Shown here one piece after another: positions 18,417-26,357 of a stretch of DNA of 64,000 nucleotides. A program made the position numbers and the translations under genes. Each line of letters opens with the position of its first letter. The stretch's first letter is position 1. The notes under the pieces were generated by a model that ran no database searches, was not told where the DNA came from, and saw only the letters and a list, made by a program, of their open reading frames with translations. The DNA comes from a virus, in the IMG/VR virus record IMGVR_UViG_3300037805_000525, positions 32,001-96,000 of that record; one strand, 5' to 3'.

Positions 18417-20107
18417 ATCGTGCTCTGCTGCCAGCGGTTGTACGGTTGGCGCGCGAAGTTGGCTGCGCCCTGTGCTGCGCCCTGTGCTGCGCCCTGTGCT
18501 GCGCGTGCACCACCGCCCAACGCGCCACGCGCTGTGCGGTATAGTTCGGGGCCAAACATCGCTGCGGGTAGGCCCCAGTTCTTGACGCCAGACCAGACCT
18601 TCTGGCCGGTGCTCTGCGGCATGACACCCTTCAGCGCAGAGACGACCGCCGGGAACATCGTGATCGCCTGCTGAAGCGGGAGCTCGTGTTTGATGCTGCC
18701 GTCTGCATTCAGCGTCCGCACTTTCCCGTTCGCGTACTGCATCTGCTGGTTGTTGATCACTCCGATGTCCACGGCTTGGTTCTTGTCCACCACCTGATCG
18801 GCGGGCCGAGGCTTGCGAGAGAGTGTGCCCCGTCCCGCGCGCTCCTGCCAGTTGGCTGCTGCGTTGTCGAGTCGTGGCTGCCGCGCCACGGCGGTTGCGT
18901 GCTCGTAGTTACGCGGCTGGATCCCTGCCGCGTGCGTGCGACCGGCTACGATGTCCGCCCTGTTGAGGGCCCCGTACTGGCGCTGTGGTGCGACCCAGTC
19001 CGCTGGCGCCTTCTTGGGGCGCTTGACCGCCTTTACCGGACCGATTCGAGGCGAAGCGTTGTACAGCTGGTCTGCGTCGTTCACCCGCCGCTTCACCTGC
19101 CCCGTACCCCAACTGCGCCAGCCGTGCTGGGTTAGCCCCGCGTCCACGTGGCGCGCGGCGTCGGCACCAGGACGCGGCCCAGCTATGTTGATCCGCCTAC
19201 CGAGCTCCTTGGCGCGGCGCGCATCTTCGTAGCCGAGCGAGCCCGCGTCGAGACGCTTACGCGACAACCCCTGAAGCTCGTCAGAGTAGCGAGTCAGGTC
19301 GCGCTGCGCGCCGATCCTCTTCTGGTTCGAGGCGACCACGCCAGCGGCGCGCTGCCGCCCATACCCGGGGATACTACGCCACGCGCCCGCACGTGAGCCG
19401 GCGCCCGCGCTACGTGCGATGGACGCCGCACCAAGGCCTCGGGCTGCATGGGCGCCACGTATGGCGCCCCCCGCTACGCGCAGGCCACCGCTAAGGGCCG
19501 CGCCTGACCCAATCGCGCTGTTACCGAACGGGTTGATTACGTTGAGCCCGGCGCGAACGTAGTTACCCTTCGCCCAGTTGTCTGCCGCGGGCTTACCGAA
19601 TATGGTCTGTCCAATCCGACGACCGATGCTCTGATTACTGTTCGTGCCGCGGAAGTTGTTAGCCATCTGGCCCGCGGCGGCAATGCCACCGAGTACGAGC
19701 GGCACCAACGCGGTCTTCTCCACACCAACAGGTATGTTGCGCATGTGCGCCGACTTCACCTTCATGTTGTCGTTGCCTGCGTTGCGCGGAAGCGACGGCG
19801 CCTTGTCAAACGAGCTTCCCGGGTTGATCGGCGCGACCCGGGCCTTTGGACCAGCTGCAAGGGAACCGCCCCCAGCAATTTGCATTGGCATCTGGTTCTG
19901 CGACTTGCGCTTCGGTGCAGGGGCAGGGATTGCGCGCGTCTGCGCGCTCATCGTTGTGGGCGCCCCCATCGACGCTGTGGGGGGTGGCGCAAAGATCCCG
20001 TCGGCGTTGCCATTCACAAAGCCAGGGTTCGCCAGCGCACCCTCCTTCAGGAGTCCTTGGGACATCACAAGCTCTGTGAACGCGCGTGCGCTCTCTGCCG
20101 TACTCAT
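18413..20107 (-). CDS. basic Gly/Ala/Arg-rich putative internal virion protein with K-x-A motifs
   Basis: VKSAH and VEKTA followed by amphipathic segments; C-terminal AAQG repeats. Confidence 0.65.
   Translation of the reverse strand: MSTAESARAFTELVMSQGLLKEGALANPGFVNGNADGIFAPPPTASMGAPTTMSAQTRAIPAPAPKRKSQNQMPMQIAGGGSLAAGPKARVAPINPGSSFDKAPSLPRNAGNDNMKVKSAHMRNIPVGVEKTALVPLVLGGIAAAGQMANNFRGTNSNQSIGRRIGQTIFGKPAADNWAKGNYVRAGLNVINPFGNSAIGSGAALSGGLRVAGGAIRGAHAARGLGAASIARSAGAGSRAGAWRSIPGYGRQRAAGVVASNQKRIGAQRDLTRYSDELQGLSRKRLDAGSLGYEDARRAKELGRRINIAGPRPGADAARHVDAGLTQHGWRSWGTGQVKRRVNDADQLYNASPRIGPVKAVKRPKKAPADWVAPQRQYGALNRADIVAGRTHAAGIQPRNYEHATAVARQPRLDNAAANWQERAGRGTLSRKPRPADQVVDKNQAVDIGVINNQQMQYANGKVRTLNADGSIKHELPLQQAITMFPAVVSALKGVMPQSTGQKVWSGVKNWGLPAAMFGPELYRTARGALGGGARAAQGAAQGAAQGAANFARQPYNRWQQSTM
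18466..18503. repeat. 12-bp tandem repeat (AAQG) x3
   Basis: gcgccctgtgct repeated. Confidence 0.8.
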
Positions 20108-21288
20108 AGGTCTCTCCTGAAAGCGGCGGTATTTGTTAGGACCAGCATATCAAACGCATCGTCCGCGGCCTGGGATAGAAGGCCGGCGAGGTCGATCGGG
20201 TCCTGCGCGTCCACTCCAGATGGCACCGTGATGGTCCGACTGAACCCCGCAATCGGCAGTCGTACTGCCAACTTCGCTCCCTGGATCGCCGTGAATTCTG
20301 TGTAGCCGTTCGAGTCCGTGTAGTACGTGTGCACTCGGTCAAGCACCGTAACGCCAGCCAGGAGTACACTCGACGCCAGCAACTCAACCTGCACTGGTGC
20401 GTTGACGTGTGGTGTGGCGTCCGAGCGCCACATGCGGATGTACAGCGTCGCCGCCTCCGGCGGAGGCACTGCCGGGCTGACCGTTGGCGTGAGCGTGTCT
20501 ACGAGTATGTTGACCGTATTGGTCTCGTTCTCGACCACCTCGAACGCGATATTGTTGTAGGAGAACACGTGGCCGTCGCGCAGCAGCGCCACGGTGTACG
20601 CACCTGGCTGAAGGTACCCGTGCGCCTCCCCAGATATGTTCGTGCGCAGCGTAAGCGTCGCAACGCCCTCGCGCATCACAACGAGTTGTGTGGCTGAGTG
20701 CGGCTCTGACGGAGCCGACGAGGTCAGGACCAGGAAGTTACACAGCTCCGTGCCCGCAGGCATGAACAGCGACAGCGTCTCCATGAACTGCGGGATCATG
20801 AACCCACCGACGTCCATTAGCCAGACGACGGTGTACAGGCCTTCCTCGACCAGAGTCAGTGGGTCGGAGACGTACGCACCCTTACCCGCGTCGAACACAA
20901 CTGGGAGCGCGCCGAGCGCGGAACTACCGTGCTGATCGAGGATGTCAAACGTCCACGAATCACCTGCCGGCTGCTCTAGCGGCAGCACGATCTCAGAGCC
21001 GACGAGCGCGTCGCCTGACGGCACTTGGGAACATACCGCTGGTTCAATCTCGACTGAGTCTCCGTCGTAGTCCCACTGAAGCAGGTACGACCCGACGGCG
21101 AGCAATGTGACAGCCTCCGATACGTACACGTTGGGTACCGCGGCGCTCTGCGTCATCGCAAGCGGTCCGACTACTACGACATCATCGCTGTCGGTTACGG
21201 TCAGCGTCAGCAGGGTAATGTCGAGGACGGCGCCGGCACTGTCTAGGTACCCTGCGCGGGTCGGAGTTCCTCTTCGGAAGACAATCAT
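20104..21288 (-). CDS. Ig/transthyretin-like beta-sandwich virion protein
   Basis: TNISG...LQPGAYTV and YTDSNGY motifs. Confidence 0.6.
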   Translation of the reverse strand: MIVFRRGTPTRAGYLDSAGAVLDITLLTLTVTDSDDVVVVGPLAMTQSAAVPNVYVSEAVTLLAVGSYLLQWDYDGDSVEIEPAVCSQVPSGDALVGSEIVLPLEQPAGDSWTFDILDQHGSSALGALPVVFDAGKGAYVSDPLTLVEEGLYTVVWLMDVGGFMIPQFMETLSLFMPAGTELCNFLVLTSSAPSEPHSATQLVVMREGVATLTLRTNISGEAHGYLQPGAYTVALLRDGHVFSYNNIAFEVVENETNTVNILVDTLTPTVSPAVPPPEAATLYIRMWRSDATPHVNAPVQVELLASSVLLAGVTVLDRVHTYYTDSNGYTEFTAIQGAKLAVRLPIAGFSRTITVPSGVDAQDPIDLAGLLSQAADDAFDMLVLTNTAAFRRDL

Positions 21289-21497
21289 CGTAGAGCTCCA
21301 AGCTGCGCAACAGCGTTGCGTACGGCGGACGAGGTCACCGTGTTGGAGTAGACACGTAGTGCAGCATCTGCGCCGGTGGCTTCGCGTACAGAGATGAGAA
21401 AGGCACGCTCACTCGTGAGCTGGGCCGCGCGCTTTGCGACGTGCGCAAGGAACGCGGACTCTAGCTCATCGAGCAGCGCATCATTTGGCGTAGGCAC
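21285..21497 (-). CDS. small hypothetical protein
   Basis: GTG start with RBS ggagg inside ORF 21285..21644. Confidence 0.55.
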   Translation of the reverse strand: MPTPNDALLDELESAFLAHVAKRAAQLTSERAFLISVREATGADAALRVYSNTVTSSAVRNAVAQLGALR

Positions 21498-21583
21498 GTT
21501 AAACCCTCCGTAGATCAATACCTTGAGTCTACCGACTAAACGTCCGCGGGGGGAGCGTGTGTTCGCGAACTTGCGCGGGACAC

Positions 21584-21610
21584 CAAGTGCGTGGCGTTTG
21601 GGGGTATAAG
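21584..21610 (+). promoter_or_regulatory. putative phage promoter
   Basis: caag-N15-GGTATAAG. Confidence 0.65.
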
Positions 21611-21637
21611 TACTCGAGTGGCTAGGTAACAACGCGG

Positions 21638-21654
21638 ATATCACAGTGTGATAA
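21638..21654. promoter_or_regulatory. 17-bp palindrome site 6
   Basis: ATATCACA-G-TGTGATAA with gcgga/tccgc flanks. Confidence 0.9.
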
Positions 21655-21673
21655 TCCGCAGGGAGGCGAAGAT

Positions 21674-21970
21674 ATGACTATATCTGTGGGGTCTAAGAGG
21701 TACGACGCGCGCATCGTTGGTGACGCGGTCATAGTTGTGCAGTTCGTATGCACCGGTGTGCTGTCCACGCACACCACCTGGGAGCGTGTGGGGCGCGAGC
21801 CACAAGAGATGCAAGTGTCCGGTTCAGACGACCCGTGGTCACGCACCAAAACTGAAGCGGTTAGTCGCCTACGGTCCGAGTGCGAACGCGCAGTGCGCGC
21901 GGACACAGCGGCGTTAGCTATCGCGCGTGAGTCGCTGCGCAAGGTCACTCAGTATGCGCGCCGTCCGTAG
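21674..21970 (+). CDS. hypothetical protein (plus-strand island)
   Basis: RBS ggagg, own promoter motif. Confidence 0.65.
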   Translation: MTISVGSKRYDARIVGDAVIVVQFVCTGVLSTHTTWERVGREPQEMQVSGSDDPWSRTKTEAVSRLRSECERAVRADTAALAIARESLRKVTQYARRP

Positions 21971-21983
21971 GTTGGTGGGGGTG

Positions 21984-23327
21984 TCAGCTCGTGAGTAGGT
22001 AGCCGCCGCCAGCGACCCCTGCGGCCGGAAGGAGCCGCAGCATCTCGTTCTTGACGCGTTCTGCACGGATGCGGGCGGACAGCGCGGTGATTCCACGCGC
22101 TGTCCCAAGACCTGCCACAGAGCCCGCCAGCGCGCCAGGGACGGCCTTGCGTGCGAGCAGCGACCCGGCAACTGCGCCGAGCATCGGTAGGGACCGCAGA
22201 GCTGACGCGGACTTGACGTTGGCGCCAAGCAACTCACGTAGCTTGCGCACAGCAGCGCGTGCAGCCGCCGGCGGGTCCATACGTGTCTCTACTGATCGCA
22301 CAGGATTCAGAAGGTCATGCAGGTTACGGTTTGGCCGCACTCGGCCAAGGAGATCAAGGCGCCCACCCGCGGGGGCTCGCAGCTGGCTCCGCACCAGGCG
22401 CGACAGCTCACCGGGTACCGCAATCGCGCGCTGCAGGATTTCTCGGGCACCCGCGGTCTTCTCGTGAGACACCTTGGTGACCGGGGACCCTGCGCGCCAC
22501 AACGCTTGGTTGAACGCATCGTGGAACGGCGGATCGAACTTCCTACCTGCCGCGACCCGGTCGTAGCGTGCCTGTGCGGCTGCGACGTCGGCGGGCATTC
22601 CGCGTGCCTGCGCGGCTGCGCGTCGGTGCGTGGGGCTTGCTGCCCGGCGCGCACCCGCCATTGCCGGACGCATACGCATACGCAACCAGCTAAGCAGCCC
22701 AGGTACGGATTTCACGCCCCGGCCTGCCATCCGCGCACTACCTAGTAGGCCACGGCCTGCCAGCCGCGCCCCGCCCACTGCGCCCTTACCAAGAAGCCGA
22801 GCGCCGGCAACTGAACCAATGAGCGCGGCGCGGCTGGCTGGGTGGTTCATGGCCCTTGTGAGGCCATGGCCTAGGTCCCAAGCCATGTTGCTGCGCAGGT
22901 TGGAGAAGATCTTGCCGAACGGGATAGCCGCCTCTTTAACAGGGAGCTGATCCGCGGCGAGGTGTGCCGCGACAACGGCGTCTTCAGGTGTTTCGCCGGG
23001 GCGGCCTATTACGCTCCGTGTCTTGTCGCCGAGCATGTCGGCTAGTTCGTCACGGTTGTGGTACGCCAACAAGCCGGCGCCAGCGGCGGCCAGAGGCAGG
23101 TACGGGAACGACCGACGTGGCCGTACCGTGTGGCCAAGCAGCGCGGCCGCGGCAACAGGTGTCAGCGCACCGACTGCCGCGATTCCCGCATCGCGCGCAA
23201 ACGTGGTTTGCGCGCTGGACCTCTTCTCGCGAAGCTCGGCCATGACGCGGCTACGCACGCCGCGGCGCTCAGCGTGCGTAGCCGCACTGACGTGTATGGT
23301 AAGTCTTGGTGAGTCCATTATGCTCAT
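21984..23327 (-). CDS. basic glycine-zipper putative internal virion polyprotein with K-x-A motifs
   Basis: VKEAA, HEKTA and VKSAS separate amphipathic Gly-zipper segments. Confidence 0.7.
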   Translation of the reverse strand: MSIMDSPRLTIHVSAATHAERRGVRSRVMAELREKRSSAQTTFARDAGIAAVGALTPVAAAALLGHTVRPRRSFPYLPLAAAGAGLLAYHNRDELADMLGDKTRSVIGRPGETPEDAVVAAHLAADQLPVKEAAIPFGKIFSNLRSNMAWDLGHGLTRAMNHPASRAALIGSVAGARLLGKGAVGGARLAGRGLLGSARMAGRGVKSVPGLLSWLRMRMRPAMAGARRAASPTHRRAAAQARGMPADVAAAQARYDRVAAGRKFDPPFHDAFNQALWRAGSPVTKVSHEKTAGAREILQRAIAVPGELSRLVRSQLRAPAGGRLDLLGRVRPNRNLHDLLNPVRSVETRMDPPAAARAAVRKLRELLGANVKSASALRSLPMLGAVAGSLLARKAVPGALAGSVAGLGTARGITALSARIRAERVKNEMLRLLPAAGVAGGGYLLTS

Positions 23328-24223
23328 GGTGCCTCGTCCAGGTATCCGCGCAATCTCTTCGCGAGGTCCTTTTTTATACGTGATACTCGGTAGCTTTCGA
23401 TGCCGAGCTTTTCTGCGATCTCGCCGGTGCCCAGCATGGGGGCCCCGAGCCCTACAACGTGTCGGTAGACCTTCTCGTCTTCCCCGTCCAACTCGTACAC
23501 GAACATGCGCATGACCTCAGTCTCGCGCTCCGTGGTCATTGTGGTGGGGTCAACCTCAAAGTTCTGACTTACCAGGTCCCCACGTAGCTCAGTGTCCATC
23601 CGGGCGACTTCGGCCTCGGACCAGTCCAGGTGGTCCGCGAGCTCCGCGTCTGTCGGTGTGCGCTTGTGCTGCTCGGACAGTTCCGCGTGAGCGACGGAGT
23701 ATCCCTGAATCTTGTAAACACGGTTCTCTGGGATGCGCGCCACATTCTGGTGCGCGGCCACGTAGCGCTTCACCTTGTGTAGATGGTTCGCAATGTGGGT
23801 GTTGAGCTGTGTTCCACGTTCCGGGTCGTACGTGCGCAGTGCCTTGACCGTACTTAACTTGTACTGCGCCATCAGTGCCTTGTCCGGGATCATCCGTACG
23901 CGGCCCATGTGAATCTTGGCACGTGATTTGATGAACGGGGTCAGGCTCTTCATCAGCGGGGCGAGCTTCTCAGGATCTTCGCCAGAGTCCTTCCACGCCT
24001 GCCACATCGCCATCTCAGACTCACGTCGAGACAGCTTCATGGCGTCGGCAGCACGCTCTTTGACGCCATCACGCGTGTAGCGGGTGACGATGGTGAGCGC
24101 GCCGTCGCGCTTCTTGCGCAGGTGGGCCTTGACGTCGATGCGTCCGGCGGGTCCGGCGGGTGCGCGCTTCTTCTCGGCGAGCTTCAGAAACTCCCCGATA
24201 TGATCTTCACTCGAGGTCGTCAT
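23324..24223 (-). CDS. phage RNA polymerase sigma-70 family factor
   Basis: region 2 ALRTYDPERGTQLNTH...ARIPE; region 3 KRTPTDAELADHLDWSEAEV; region 4 HTH TGEIAEKLGIESYRVSRIKK. Confidence 0.85.
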   Translation of the reverse strand: MTTSSEDHIGEFLKLAEKKRAPAGPAGRIDVKAHLRKKRDGALTIVTRYTRDGVKERAADAMKLSRRESEMAMWQAWKDSGEDPEKLAPLMKSLTPFIKSRAKIHMGRVRMIPDKALMAQYKLSTVKALRTYDPERGTQLNTHIANHLHKVKRYVAAHQNVARIPENRVYKIQGYSVAHAELSEQHKRTPTDAELADHLDWSEAEVARMDTELRGDLVSQNFEVDPTTMTTERETEVMRMFVYELDGEDEKVYRHVVGLGAPMLGTGEIAEKLGIESYRVSRIKKDLAKRLRGYLDEAP

Positions 24224-24271
24224 CAGTCACCTTTACGGAAGTTGGCGCACACGCCGGAGAGGGCGGTGCGA

Positions 24272-25042
24272 CTACTCCGACTCGGGGCGGAAGTTGAGCG
24301 TCTTGCCCTTGAGGATCGTGGCCGGCTTCTTGCCGAGATTTGCCTTGGCTGGGCCGGCGACGCTGGTGTTCAGCGCGGGGAGCTTGGCCGAGGCCGGGAC
24401 ACCGCCGCTCGGGGGCTTAGCACCACCAAGCCCACGAGCAGGCGTGGGTGCGTCGATCCCACCAGGTGATGTGGCGCCCATGACGCCGCTGCCGCCGCCA
24501 GGGATCTTCGCGTCCTTCGCGAACTTGTACATCTGCCGGATGCAGCGTGGGTCGAAGATGTTTACGAGGTTGTCGTCGGGGTGGCTCATATGGGCTCCTT
24601 GCGTGCTCGAGTTATCCGAGCTGTTTTTCATCATACCAAGTCCGGCGCCTGCCAAACCTGCATATAGCAGATGTTTCGGTGCGAGCCCTGGGCGAGTGGC
24701 TCCTGCGGCGGCACCATACATGTTTCGCAGGCGGCTGGCGCCCAGGCCAGCTTCAGCAAGCGTGTCGACCACGGCACCGCGCTGCGAGGCCGCCTGGTTT
24801 CTTATCAACGCCTCCATGCTACGCCTGCGGCGATCGAACTGCCACTTGCTAAGCAGTGGAATGTCCCCTTGCCCGCGCGCGAGTGCGGCCTCGAGACGTT
24901 GTGTGGTCACCTTCTTAGGAAGGCCGAAGAAGTGGTCCATCTTCGTCACAGGGCGCCCAAGTCCAGCGAGGCTGGTGGCGTCGTAGGGTAGGCGCTTTGC
25001 GCGGCGCCCCACTGCTTGTAGGAGTAGCTGCTTCAGGGACAT
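24272..25042 (-). CDS. basic low-complexity putative virion protein
   Basis: ORF with RBS aggag; internal RBS plus ATG at 24589. Confidence 0.6.
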   Translation of the reverse strand: MSLKQLLLQAVGRRAKRLPYDATSLAGLGRPVTKMDHFFGLPKKVTTQRLEAALARGQGDIPLLSKWQFDRRRRSMEALIRNQAASQRGAVVDTLAEAGLGASRLRNMYGAAAGATRPGLAPKHLLYAGLAGAGLGMMKNSSDNSSTQGAHMSHPDDNLVNIFDPRCIRQMYKFAKDAKIPGGGSGVMGATSPGGIDAPTPARGLGGAKPPSGGVPASAKLPALNTSVAGPAKANLGKKPATILKGKTLNFRPESE

Positions 25043-25103
25043 TGGTACGCTGCTCCTGCGTGGGGCGGTTAGCCTACATAGTACACGTGGTCTAGGGGCT
25101 ACC

Positions 25104-25130
25104 CAAATAACAGGTGCTGCGGGGTATAAG
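25104..25130 (+). promoter_or_regulatory. putative phage promoter
   Basis: caaa-N15-GGTATAAG. Confidence 0.75.
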
Positions 25131-25166
25131 AACTACGTGCGCGATGGTCGCGCGTAGGAGGTAGCT

Positions 25167-25976
25167 GTGCCGGATATTATTCACGTAGTCGCCATGTGTG
25201 TGTCAGACAAGTCGTGTGGGGTGCGTAAATACTTGGTCGGGCGCCGAGCACCCGGCCGTGACTACGAGGGTCTGTGGGAGTTCCCTGGTGGAAAGACGGA
25301 GGTCCACGAAACCTCGTACGATACTGGGCGCCGCGAGATGTTTGAGGAGCTCGGGCTGGCAGCAGAGGCAGATGAGCTAATCGCCTCCGTGCACGTCGAC
25401 CGCCAAGACGCCCCATGTTTTGTGGTGCATATCTACGAGGCCACCGAGGTGTCCAGCCTCGACTGGGACCTCGACTCCGCGCTACCCCTCTGTTCGATGG
25501 ATGGCAGCCACGACCTGATCGAAGCCAAGACGCTCGAGGAGATCGGGAACTTACCTTGCGTCCCATCCATGGACCCGCGGGTCCTGTGGCGCCTGTCGGC
25601 GCACTACGATGACAACTTCGTGAACCGTGCAAGTACGTTGGTGCACACGCGGCGAGCCCTGCAGTCTTCCGACGCTGCTGCTGAGTCCTTCCGCGCGCTA
25701 ACACGTGGGTGCGACCCCTCTAGGCTCTCCACTCACATGTACCGGGGAAGCGTTCGTCGGTGTAACGCCGCGGATTGGGCGGTGCTGCTGGCCTATCACC
25801 AAGACGTCGGTGATAAGGACGCTTACGAAATGTTGACGAGCGAGCTGCCGAGCGTCGGCATGCTCCGTACACTCAGAAGGGTTGTGGATGAATGGGTAAT
25901 CAAAACGAACCTGCTGCTCGATGCGGCTCCTGCGGCCTTGTCCGTCGACGAAAAGGAGACGCGGAGCGAAACCTAG
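25167..25976 (+). CDS. NUDIX (MutT-like) hydrolase with extra C-terminal domain
   Basis: GLWEFPGGKTEVHETSYDTGRREMFEELGL Nudix box. Confidence 0.9.
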   Translation: MPDIIHVVAMCVSDKSCGVRKYLVGRRAPGRDYEGLWEFPGGKTEVHETSYDTGRREMFEELGLAAEADELIASVHVDRQDAPCFVVHIYEATEVSSLDWDLDSALPLCSMDGSHDLIEAKTLEEIGNLPCVPSMDPRVLWRLSAHYDDNFVNRASTLVHTRRALQSSDAAAESFRALTRGCDPSRLSTHMYRGSVRRCNAADWAVLLAYHQDVGDKDAYEMLTSELPSVGMLRTLRRVVDEWVIKTNLLLDAAPAALSVDEKETRSET

Positions 25977-26114
25977 CGATCATCCTCATGACCATCGCAT
26001 CCTCGCCTTCAGACGAGGACATCGAGCTCCCGCCAGATGATGTGTGCGACGTGTTGGCGAGATGCTGGAGGCCTGACGACGACTCGTGCCGGCGGCACCT
26101 AGCGCGCGGGGACG

Positions 26115-26152
26115 CGTAAGAATAGGGGGGCACGTGCCCCCCTATTCTTACG
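26115..26152. terminator. perfect 38-bp palindrome, probable bidirectional terminator
   Basis: cgtaagaataggggggcac|gtgcccccctattcttacg between convergent genes. Confidence 0.75.
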
Positions 26153-26157
26153 TATCA

Positions 26158-26174
26158 ATATCACAGTGTGATAA
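26158..26174. promoter_or_regulatory. 17-bp palindrome site 7
   Basis: ATATCACA-G-TGTGATAA. Confidence 0.9.
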
Positions 26175-26357
26175 TTACTGTTTCTTGGATGAGCCGCCCG
26201 GGTCACAGATCTCGTTGAGCGACGTACGCCGAGCCACCTGTACTAATCGGAGGGTGCAGCATGCACGCTCTCCGGCCTCCCCTCGGGGGAACATGTCACG
26301 TACAGCCTGTTGCGCAGTGCGCGGCTCCTGGGCCTGTGTTCCGGGGCTATTCATCAT
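26175..26357 (-). CDS. small hypothetical protein
   Basis: overlaps stop of hub gene; weak support. Confidence 0.4.
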   Translation of the reverse strand: MMNSPGTQAQEPRTAQQAVRDMFPRGEAGERACCTLRLVQVARRTSLNEICDPGGSSKKQ

